Part shown: piece by piece, positions 35,282-43,969 of the stretch
Numbering within the stretch: position 1 is the first letter of the stretch
Layout: every line of letters starts with the position of its first letter
IMG/VR virus record: IMGVR_UViG_3300042402_002841
Coordinates: 32,001-96,000 of that record
DNA: 64,000 nt
DNA from: a virus
Reading direction: 5' to 3' (one strand)
Notes under the pieces: generated by a model
The model's database searches: none
The model's input: only the letters and a program-made list of their open reading frames with translations
Told to the model about the DNA's origin: nothing
Program-made: the position numbers and the translations under genes

Positions 35282-38200
35282 CTAATTTTTATTAATAAAT
35301 GTAGACATTGCGGCTTCGGAAACTTTTTCAAGCAGTTTTGAATACCAATCAATTCTCTTGTCTCCGCCTATTTCAATTTGGTTATCAAGAGCAAACATCA
35401 AACCTTCAAGAACAAGGTCTGCTTCATCGTCTGTCAAGTAGATACTTCCAACATTGGTTCTTCTGCTGCCAGTCTTTGATGCTTCATTTCTTCTAATAAC
35501 TTCTTGAAGTTTGCTTAGACCATCTTCAGCCTTTTTGTTCTTTGCTTTTTGTGCTGCTCTAATTTCTTTTTGTAAAGAAGTTTCAATATCTTTAAAGAAT
35601 GTGGCTTCATCGGTAATCATTGCTTTTGGTCTTGATGTGGAAGCAAGTCCAACTCTTGACCTCTTACCTTTGTCTGCCTCCTGCTTGCTTCTCATTTCTT
35701 CAATAACTTGACGAGCAACTTCGCTGATTTTCCTCATCTCGTTATCGCGTCTGGCGTTAGATTGAGGCATTTCTCTAGTTCCAGGTCTTGGTCTGTCAGC
35801 ATCTCTTGAGCGTGAGCGCGAGGCGAGACCACCAGAACGAGGTAAGTCATCAATAATCCATGGGTCCTCGGCATACTTGGCTTGCGTTTTGGAAAGTTGT
35901 CCAAGAAGTCTATTTGCTGAAGAAACACTAAGTTTTTCGTACTTATTTTCGCCAGGAGAGTTTGTCTCAATGTAATCCTCAAGTGCTTCAATTGCGTCAT
36001 TAATTGACTTCTTTGTCATATCCCTATCGCCAAGTAAGTCGTTAACTGTTTCCCAAATATCTTCAGAAACAATGTCAATTTCGCCATCAAAATCAAGTTC
36101 ATTAAGTTTATTTTTAATGTCTTGAATTTTTTCTTGGTAAGACTGTAACTCTTCTTCTCTTTGTTCTTTGCCTTCTTTGGCGCTTGCTTTTGGCTTGTAT
36201 GTTTTTTGTGAACCTTGAGTTTTTTCTTTTTCTTGTTGACGCTTTTTTCTTGCGTCACCTTGTCTTTCAATCTCTCTTGGGGAAATTTCTCTTGCCTGCT
36301 CTTCTCTTTCTTCGTTTCTCCGAGCACGACGCTGTTCTGGAGTCATAGAGCGTCTTTCTTCACGCTCCATGTCTTCCATAACTTTTTTAATTGCTCCCTG
36401 ATATGCGGCTTGAGACATCTTTTCGTTTTTGTCTTTAACTTTTTCTGGGTTACCTTCGTACATTAACCATTCAAATTTTTCATCATTTGTCAATTCATCC
36501 CAGTTATCTGGTTTTGCATCATCAAGGGAAAGTCCATCAAATTTAGTATTTTCTGCACCCCTAGTTGAGCCCCTGCCAGTGCCAAAATTGCCTCTTTCGT
36601 TGGCTGAAAGACCAACATCTCCGAGCCCTCTTGCACCAATTCCTCCTGGTCGCGCAGTTCTTCTCTCTTTATCGTTGTCACCAAATCCACCAGAAGATTC
36701 AAGACCAACTCTTCCCCTTCTTCCAGAACCACTGGCAGAACCAGGCCCAAAGTTTTGGTACATGGTGCGGAGTCGTTTCCACTTTGATGCTGCCAATTGA
36801 CCATCGTTTGCTTCAAAATCCCTAAGAGCATCTTGTACGAGTTGTAGATTGTTCGCTCTACCACTTCTTGCCCAGAAAATATAATCTTTCTGCATTGCTT
36901 CAGTTATGTCTGCTGGTGCACCGTTATTGGGTTTTCTTCCTTTATTGGTTGATGCAAGCCCTCCGCCCCTAATATTGAGGCTGGAGTATTCACCGTCATT
37001 GGATTCTGCTGCCTGTTCAAGAACACCAAGAAGGTCTGATGAAACCATTCCGCTTCTTGACTTTGATTGCTCAATTGCTTTAATCAAATCTTCGTACTCG
37101 TTATCATCAATTGAGAATTTGCCATTATTTGATTTTTCAAGTTTTTCAGAAACCGCTTTAAGAATATTTTTGTTTTCAGCAGTACGAGAAAGAAGTTCAA
37201 CCTCGTCCCTGAGTGAACCGATTTCGTCTTCCGTAAGTTCAATATCAAGTTTCTTGTGAGGATTTATTGTTCCACTTTGACTGGAGAATGCTCTTGTTTT
37301 TTTAATACGCCTTGCCCCTGCTTGTCCTGAAAGCCTTGTTCCAGACCTCTCAAGTGCTTCAGTGCTGTAATAACCATCTTTTGATTTCTTTGTTTTCTTC
37401 AAAGAATCAATCAGTTCGTCAATCGCTTTTTTATCGCCTTCATTATCAACTGCACCAAAGTTATTCATTCTGGTCAAAGTGTCAACATAATTATCAATTT
37501 CATCATCAGTCATTGGGATTGCATCATTTGCAACACTACTGTCATCAATTTTGTCAATTATATTTTTAAGGATTTCCATATCCTCATCTGAGCCAACACC
37601 GCCAACTTGCGAATCATCAAGATATTTTTCTAAAACATTTTGAAGTTCGCCATACTCTTCAAGAGTCATATCCATCTGTCGGTTTTCGGAAGCCAAACCT
37701 TCTCTTACCGCACGAGCATTTCTTCCTCTGTCTATGTTTTCGGATGCTGCATCGCCGACTGGGTCGTCAGCCATTCCTCTTCGTGCGCCTGGATTTCTTG
37801 GTCCAAATGCTTCGTCATAGTCTGTGTCGTCATCAAAATTTGAACTAGAGGCAAGACCTGAACGACCTTCTCTATCTTGTCGCTCTTGTCTTTTCTTTCT
37901 AGTAATTCCAATTTCACGCTGACGAAGTTTTGATGGCTCCATCTTGAGTAATTCTCCAGTTTGCTCAAGCGTTAGTCCACTTCTTAAATAAAGAAGGTCA
38001 TCTTCATCGTTTTCTTTTCTTAATTTTGCTGTCAATCTTCTCTCTGTTCTGCGAACTTCTCTCGGCGACATTCCAAATAGTTCAGCAGTATCACGAACAC
38101 TCAAGCCAGAGGCTCTGTACATGAGAAGGTCCATGTCTGAATTTGCCCCAGACTCAGAGTTTTGACTTAGTCTTCTAAATTCTCTATTTGCAGAAGATTT

Positions 38201-41200
38201 TGCAACCCTTGCACCACTCAGGTTGTACTTTTCAGCAATTTCTTTTGCTGACATTCCAGATAGAAAATCTCTAAAAATATCATTATCAGGAATTTGAGTA
38301 CCGTCTTCTGAAACGGTGCGAACTGGTCTTTGCAGGTTTCTTTCACCCCGTGTAGATGCTCTACTCTGTGAAGCCAATCCACCTCTACGGATATCATCTG
38401 GAACATATTGAGCAGGTTTTCCGCCTTCTCTAATAACACCACCGTCAGGAACGCCAGTTAGTTGTTCAATTTCATCATCGCTTAAACCAAGTTCTCTAAG
38501 TTTTTTGAAAACATTTTGGTCAAATTGCGCTCTTCTTTCGCGAGCCTCAGTTGGGTCAACATTTCCTCTTTCATCTCTCTGAATCTGACCATCTCGGCCA
38601 AGCATTGTGCCGTCTCCACGGCGAGATGTTGAAGCAAGACCTCCAGTAAGTGTCCGTTTTGCTCTTACTCTTTCTTGTAAGAATTCAGAATTTAGCCTTG
38701 CATCTTCAAGTTCATCCATAACCCCCTCATTTAGCCCGTTTTTAAAATAATCTTCCCAAAGCGAATTGATTTGTGGGTCGTTTGGATTTTCTTCAAATCC
38801 TTTTTTAGTTGCTCTTTGCAACTCTTTAGAAAAATCCTCTAAATCAATTGATGGGTCTAGTTCTATTATGTTTTCAACTTCAAACCAAAAATCCGCTTCG
38901 CTCATATCTGGCTCTCCGCTTTGAAGTGCCTGAATTAAATTTTCTTTTTTCTGAGACGATTCTTTTTTAGCGTCTTGAATTTCCTTATCAGTTGGTGGTT
39001 TGTTTGCCGACAGGCGACGAGCAGTTTTAAATACCGAATCTGACCATTCATCAACCGTTTCTTCAATCAGTTCATTAATTTTGTCTTCTTGTTTTCTAGA
39101 AGCGTTTTTAGGCATCATTCTTTCTGCAAGCATGCCTCTAACTGCGTCTGTTAAAGCCCTACCAACATCTTCGGATATATATCTATCAAAATTTCTTTCG
39201 CTGCTTTGCAGATTGAGATAATCATCAAAATCTCCGTTTTTTATTGCATCAAGGAAATTTTTTTTAGTTTCAGACAGCATTTCTTCGTCGTCATCAAGAT
39301 TTGAAATTATGTTTTTAAGTATGTCTGCATGTTTATCTGGGATACCGCTTCTATCAATAAATTTGTCCGACACGGGCTTTGAACCAGGACCGCTAACAAT
39401 TTCTCCCCTAAGAACTTCTGGTTTTTTTTCTACAGAAGTTGAAGCAAGTCCGCTTCTTCTCTTTTTTGCGAAGATGGATTCTGGATTCCATGAATCTGGG
39501 TTTTCCCAAGTTCTTTCGCTAAAAAAATCATAAACTTCGTCGTCAAATACTTTTTCTAAGCCCGCCTTACTGACAACCCCTTCATATTTTTCGTTAACCG
39601 CTACACCATATTGTTCTAGCAATCCAGCAAGAATATCTGAATCTTTTTCGGTGCCGTTTGCTAATTCAGTAAGTTTTTCTTTCATCTTTGTTTTGTCTTT
39701 AAGATTTAAGATGTCTAAAACTTCTTTTGAATTTTCTAAATCAAACTCTAAATCGTCTTGATAAAACTTACGAAGACCTTCAGCACTTTCAACGATGTCG
39801 TCAAGAAGTTTTTCATCAGAGCGAACAGCGTCAAGCATCGTTGTGCCCACTCTGCTTCCTGGTTCTCCCCCTGAATAATGAAAAAACGCTCTAGCCAACT
39901 CTTCGTTAGTTCTGTCTTCAAACCATTCTTCGTGGTCTTGTTCACGGGGGGTTAAACCTCTATATGAGGCTAGACCTTGTCTTTTTGGCTCTTTGGGAGT
40001 AGGGGTTTGTCTTCCTTGATTAAATGCACGAGTTGCTGCTTCAGCATCTACTCGGCCACCAGTGGACCTGTCGTTAACACCTGGGATTGCAGGGCGCTTA
40101 AATGGTGTTCCTTCTTGGACTACACCGTCTCCGTCACCATCCCATGCGTTTGGGTCAAACCTTGCCGCCCCTCTGGCGGCTCTGCCCAATTTTCCCAAGC
40201 CTCCGCTTAGCGTGCGCCCCAGGGCTTTTTCGGCCACGCTAATGGCCTCTATAAATTCGCTAGTGACACCAGATGTAACCACGATTCCGTCTTCTGTTAC
40301 ATGCGATTCAACTCTGTGGTAATCAAAAATTGGGTCAAGAAGTTGTTTTGTTTGAAAAGCGTTCTCAATAGGAACTGGGATTATATAGTCGCTCTTAACT
40401 TCAACATCTTTTTCTGCGGACGCAATTACTTCTTGCAGGTTTTCAAGAATGGCCTTGAGTCTTGACATGTTCTTACCACTAAGGGCACGCCCAACTTTTA
40501 CATCAAGTGAGTCAGAAATAATATTTGCTAGGTCTGCAAAATCTTCATCAAAAGACCATTTTTCGTCATTCTCGTAAGACTTTGGCATAATTATGCCATT
40601 CTCACCCATGTCGTCGCCCATATAGGCATTTCCTTGAGGTTTTACCTGCATTGGCATTGAAGGCATTTGTGAAGGAACAACGACTCGTGAGCCAGATTCT
40701 TCCGAAGATGGCATGTAAACGGTTTGCACAGAAACCTTTTCTGGCTTACCAAACATGAACTCTCTACCTGTGTAGTGGTACGCAACTCTGTAGGTTGTAG
40801 GCGCACCGTCTGGTGTCATTCTGTCAAAAATTACTGTATTTTCTTCTGCGAGACGAACTTTTACTGGAGCACCAGCACGGACAGCCAATTCAATCTCTAA
40901 TTGATTCTTGCGCTCATCTCCCACTCTTGGCTTATTTGCTTCAAGAATGTTAGGGGTTGGCCTTTGGTGTCTGTGCGGTATTCCACGGTTGCTTTGCAAC
41001 ATCAACATTCCGCCCTTGGAATCATCAATCATGGTTGAATCATCTGACTTTACTGAAATTGTTCCAGTCAACTGGTTGGCACCATGTAGAACTGGCGAAA
41101 CTTCGTAAAGTTCTACTTCTTTTAAGATGTTGGCCTGAAGATTGGGGTCAAAAATTGAATCAAGAGTCTTATAGCCGATTGACCATTCTTGTTCTTGTCC

Positions 41201-41551
41201 AAAAAAAGCCACATTGGCAAATGCTTCTCGTCCTTTTTCGGAACCTAAATTAAATTGAACTTTCGCATAAAGTCCACCAATTCCAGCCGTAAGCATTTTT
41301 GAAGGAAGTCTTCTGTCTCCAGGAGCAACTTCGTAGATTTCTAGCACCTTACCAATAGGGTCATTCCAGTTGTGCCCCCAAACAACACGAGGCTTTCTTC
41401 TTGTAAGGCTCTTTGTGAAGGCTCCAGAAACAAGAACATCTCCAACAGAATCTTTATTTCCAATACCAGCCACAAAGCATTCAACCATACCCTGTGCTTC
41501 GTCAATGTTGAACTGGCCTGGAATAGCCTTGAATTCAATGTTCTGGTTCAT
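35282..41551 (-). CDS. HK97-family prohead protease fused to a ~1900-aa GLAS-punctuated extension
   Basis: N-terminal DSVGD..GAF, WGHNW..PIG, WSIGY, LKEVELYEVSPV..GAN; then DGDGDG tag, 9 GLAS plus 1 GLES, and tandem sigma-region-4-like HTHs. Confidence 0.9.
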   Translation of the reverse strand: MNQNIEFKAIPGQFNIDEAQGMVECFVAGIGNKDSVGDVLVSGAFTKSLTRRKPRVVWGHNWNDPIGKVLEIYEVAPGDRRLPSKMLTAGIGGLYAKVQFNLGSEKGREAFANVAFFGQEQEWSIGYKTLDSIFDPNLQANILKEVELYEVSPVLHGANQLTGTISVKSDDSTMIDDSKGGMLMLQSNRGIPHRHQRPTPNILEANKPRVGDERKNQLEIELAVRAGAPVKVRLAEENTVIFDRMTPDGAPTTYRVAYHYTGREFMFGKPEKVSVQTVYMPSSEESGSRVVVPSQMPSMPMQVKPQGNAYMGDDMGENGIIMPKSYENDEKWSFDEDFADLANIISDSLDVKVGRALSGKNMSRLKAILENLQEVIASAEKDVEVKSDYIIPVPIENAFQTKQLLDPIFDYHRVESHVTEDGIVVTSGVTSEFIEAISVAEKALGRTLSGGLGKLGRAARGAARFDPNAWDGDGDGVVQEGTPFKRPAIPGVNDRSTGGRVDAEAATRAFNQGRQTPTPKEPKRQGLASYRGLTPREQDHEEWFEDRTNEELARAFFHYSGGEPGSRVGTTMLDAVRSDEKLLDDIVESAEGLRKFYQDDLEFDLENSKEVLDILNLKDKTKMKEKLTELANGTEKDSDILAGLLEQYGVAVNEKYEGVVSKAGLEKVFDDEVYDFFSERTWENPDSWNPESIFAKKRRSGLASTSVEKKPEVLRGEIVSGPGSKPVSDKFIDRSGIPDKHADILKNIISNLDDDEEMLSETKKNFLDAIKNGDFDDYLNLQSSERNFDRYISEDVGRALTDAVRGMLAERMMPKNASRKQEDKINELIEETVDEWSDSVFKTARRLSANKPPTDKEIQDAKKESSQKKENLIQALQSGEPDMSEADFWFEVENIIELDPSIDLEDFSKELQRATKKGFEENPNDPQINSLWEDYFKNGLNEGVMDELEDARLNSEFLQERVRAKRTLTGGLASTSRRGDGTMLGRDGQIQRDERGNVDPTEARERRAQFDQNVFKKLRELGLSDDEIEQLTGVPDGGVIREGGKPAQYVPDDIRRGGLASQSRASTRGERNLQRPVRTVSEDGTQIPDNDIFRDFLSGMSAKEIAEKYNLSGARVAKSSANREFRRLSQNSESGANSDMDLLMYRASGLSVRDTAELFGMSPREVRRTERRLTAKLRKENDEDDLLYLRSGLTLEQTGELLKMEPSKLRQREIGITRKKRQERQDREGRSGLASSSNFDDDTDYDEAFGPRNPGARRGMADDPVGDAASENIDRGRNARAVREGLASENRQMDMTLEEYGELQNVLEKYLDDSQVGGVGSDEDMEILKNIIDKIDDSSVANDAIPMTDDEIDNYVDTLTRMNNFGAVDNEGDKKAIDELIDSLKKTKKSKDGYYSTEALERSGTRLSGQAGARRIKKTRAFSSQSGTINPHKKLDIELTEDEIGSLRDEVELLSRTAENKNILKAVSEKLEKSNNGKFSIDDNEYEDLIKAIEQSKSRSGMVSSDLLGVLEQAAESNDGEYSSLNIRGGGLASTNKGRKPNNGAPADITEAMQKDYIFWARSGRANNLQLVQDALRDFEANDGQLAASKWKRLRTMYQNFGPGSASGSGRRGRVGLESSGGFGDNDKERRTARPGGIGARGLGDVGLSANERGNFGTGRGSTRGAENTKFDGLSLDDAKPDNWDELTNDEKFEWLMYEGNPEKVKDKNEKMSQAAYQGAIKKVMEDMEREERRSMTPEQRRARRNEEREEQAREISPREIERQGDARKKRQQEKEKTQGSQKTYKPKASAKEGKEQREEELQSYQEKIQDIKNKLNELDFDGEIDIVSEDIWETVNDLLGDRDMTKKSINDAIEALEDYIETNSPGENKYEKLSVSSANRLLGQLSKTQAKYAEDPWIIDDLPRSGGLASRSRSRDADRPRPGTREMPQSNARRDNEMRKISEVARQVIEEMRSKQEADKGKRSRVGLASTSRPKAMITDEATFFKDIETSLQKEIRAAQKAKNKKAEDGLSKLQEVIRRNEASKTGSRRTNVGSIYLTDDEADLVLEGLMFALDNQIEIGGDKRIDWYSKLLEKVSEAAMSTFINKN

Positions 41552-41662
41552 TATGCTCCTAATGTTCTTAGACGATAATAAAGCATCAAGGACTGATGTT
41601 TATGCAAGTATTAAATACAGATATTGAGTTTCTGTAAATTCAATGCAATTAGTTTAAAGAAA

Positions 41663-43708
41663 CTAAATTATATGAGACCCCATCGCCCATGCTCTCCTGG
41701 TCTCATCTTCTGCTATTTGTGATTTCTTTTTAGCAAGGAGGTTTGTAAATGTACCAACAAGCGATGTTCTCAAAGTCGTTGCTTTGTCTTCCTCGCCAAC
41801 GACGCCAAGTGTTGCAAAAATTGCGTTATTAATTTCTTGAGCAGTTTCTTCGTTTATTGACTTAATTCTTAACATTTGAGAGTTAATATGAGCAATAATG
41901 TCCTCTTTTTCAAGAGAGGTCTTAATAAGAGACTTTTCAGAATATGTACTTTGAGCATCATTGATAATTGCATTCAAGACTGGCCTGATGTCTTCATCCA
42001 TTTGTTTGGCCCAAATATCTGAACTAAATATAGATTCAACATCAAGTGCTCCAATAGCCAACTGCTTTCTTGCTTTTACGCCAGATGCTTTTTCAAGAAC
42101 AACACGCTGTTGTCTTTCAAAGATTCTTTCAAGACTTCTGTCAAGAATCTCAGTCCATCTATTAAATGTTGTTTCAACTCGCAATTCCCAATCCTTATTG
42201 GATTTTGTAGAAACAACCGAGTAGTTGGCGGAGGCCTGTGCTGGCGCTGTAGGCATGGCTGCTTGTTCTGGGGGCCCAACATTCGGCAACCCAGCACCTT
42301 GAGCCATTTCTTGCCCTTGCTGAGCCAAGGCCATTGCGCCTTCCATTGTGGTTGGGTCTGGGGGCATTGCTCCAGCATCTGCTCCTGGAGGCATTCCTGG
42401 GTCTCCTGGAGGCATTCCTGGCATCCCTGGTGCTCCGCCCATCACTCCAGCCTGAGGTGGTTCTTCCATCTTCTTCTTCGTGTTGGCAATAGGGGTTAGG
42501 TTTGGGTTCATCAAGAGAGAATCAGCAAGGTCGCTATCCACTTCTTTTCTTCCAGAGCCAATTCTGTATTCGTTTGTACTAATTAGACCTTGACTGAGTT
42601 CTTCTTTTAGATATCTTTGTCTTTCCTGTTCGTAAAGAATTAAAACAGGAACTTGCGAAGTATTAAAATCAATATAGTGGTCTTCATCAAGTTCATCTAA
42701 AGCACGAGCAATTGGTTCAAGATGAGGGAGCATTGTTTCGTTCCAAAAAACTCTAATCTCTTCTCCAGCGTTGGAAAATGTGCGACCAGCGGCATTTCCA
42801 ATAACTGATTCAGGTACACCGAAAGATGCAAGAATTTCTTCTTTTGTTATTTGTCGCATCTGAATGTAGGCAGCGTCTCTTGGGTTCGCTGATGTATCAA
42901 CAAAGTCTGCGCCATCATCGGAAGAAATAACCGTAGTTGCGCCAGCGCGAGCAATATTTCCTCTAAATCTGCTTTTCAACTCTTCTTTGTCGTCGTCATC
43001 AATTTCCCCACGAAGCACAAGAAGACCACCAGGTCTGCCGTCATTAAGAAGGTAATTACGATTATATACTTTTGCTAAATTCTCAATTTCAATAGCAATA
43101 CCAGCAGACTCAAGTGGAGTCATTGAAAGATAAGGGTCCAATGGATGAGGTCTGCGAATCCAAACCACATCTTTAGCCTTCATGTTTATAACACTGCCGT
43201 TGGGCATTCTCACTTCATATCCAGCAACAAAGTTTTTAGGGTCTGGAATCGGAGAGGTTGATTGTGGCGGTAATAGGTTGAGACCAATAACACCACCATC
43301 TCGCCCATAAATTTTTTCAATAAACACGCCTCTTGTGCTCATTAACAGTTGGGAAGACAACCTGTATCGGAATATAAAAGAATTTTCTCCGATGTTTGAC
43401 TTTGTGTTTAGTAATTTAAGTATTTCTGAATTTTTGGCTTTAGAGCCAGTAACAATCTCGCCGTCTGGTGAATTGTTTTTTCTTAAAACAATAGGCAAGC
43501 GTGCTTGATTTCCAGCGATTGCGTCAATACATCTAGCCACCCATGTGACCTTCTGCATGCCTTCTTTGTAGACACGCTCAATATCCCATGAATCATTATA
43601 TGCCTTACCAGCGAACCCAGGATTGTGGGCGATAGGCGCACCAGGACCAACGCTCTTGGAGGATTGATTACCGTTTAATGATTTATTTTGAAAATTATTC
43701 CAAGCCAT
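41663..43708 (-). CDS. Portal protein (HK97 family) with Pro/Gly linker and a MuF-like C-terminal extension
   Basis: VARCIDAIA, NDGRPGGLL, EILASFGVP, STNEYR; C-terminal RIKSINEET..SQIAEDETRRAWAMG. Confidence 0.92.
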   Translation of the reverse strand: MAWNNFQNKSLNGNQSSKSVGPGAPIAHNPGFAGKAYNDSWDIERVYKEGMQKVTWVARCIDAIAGNQARLPIVLRKNNSPDGEIVTGSKAKNSEILKLLNTKSNIGENSFIFRYRLSSQLLMSTRGVFIEKIYGRDGGVIGLNLLPPQSTSPIPDPKNFVAGYEVRMPNGSVINMKAKDVVWIRRPHPLDPYLSMTPLESAGIAIEIENLAKVYNRNYLLNDGRPGGLLVLRGEIDDDDKEELKSRFRGNIARAGATTVISSDDGADFVDTSANPRDAAYIQMRQITKEEILASFGVPESVIGNAAGRTFSNAGEEIRVFWNETMLPHLEPIARALDELDEDHYIDFNTSQVPVLILYEQERQRYLKEELSQGLISTNEYRIGSGRKEVDSDLADSLLMNPNLTPIANTKKKMEEPPQAGVMGGAPGMPGMPPGDPGMPPGADAGAMPPDPTTMEGAMALAQQGQEMAQGAGLPNVGPPEQAAMPTAPAQASANYSVVSTKSNKDWELRVETTFNRWTEILDRSLERIFERQQRVVLEKASGVKARKQLAIGALDVESIFSSDIWAKQMDEDIRPVLNAIINDAQSTYSEKSLIKTSLEKEDIIAHINSQMLRIKSINEETAQEINNAIFATLGVVGEEDKATTLRTSLVGTFTNLLAKKKSQIAEDETRRAWAMGSHII

Positions 43709-43710
43709 CT

Positions 43711-43935
43711 CTACTCAAGACCTAGTAAGAAACCGAAAATTCCACATGTAATACCCGCCGCAATAAAACCAAAAGCAGGGGAGATTAGACTCACCCCAAC
43801 GCTTGTGAATACAATAAATCCTACCATCAATAGGTTGGTAAAGAATGAGCGTGTTGCTAATTGTTTCAATGCTCTGAAAAAAATAGAGATACTCTTTACA
43901 ACAGAAGCCTTTGCTTTAATGATGAAATTATTCAT
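43711..43935 (-). CDS. Small membrane protein upstream of portal
   Basis: Two hydrophobic segments; start placed at ATG 43935 to avoid overlap with terminase. Confidence 0.65.
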   Translation of the reverse strand: MNNFIIKAKASVVKSISIFFRALKQLATRSFFTNLLMVGFIVFTSVGVSLISPAFGFIAAGITCGIFGFLLGLE

Positions 43936-43969
43936 ACGCACACACCGTAGCGCATAAAGTGCACTCAAT

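Noticed and set aside
17001-41551. GLAS and DGD motifs as DNA-level repeats or diversity-generating retroelement targets
   Set aside because: Synonymous codons differ between copies, and no reverse transcriptase or TR/VR pair was seen.
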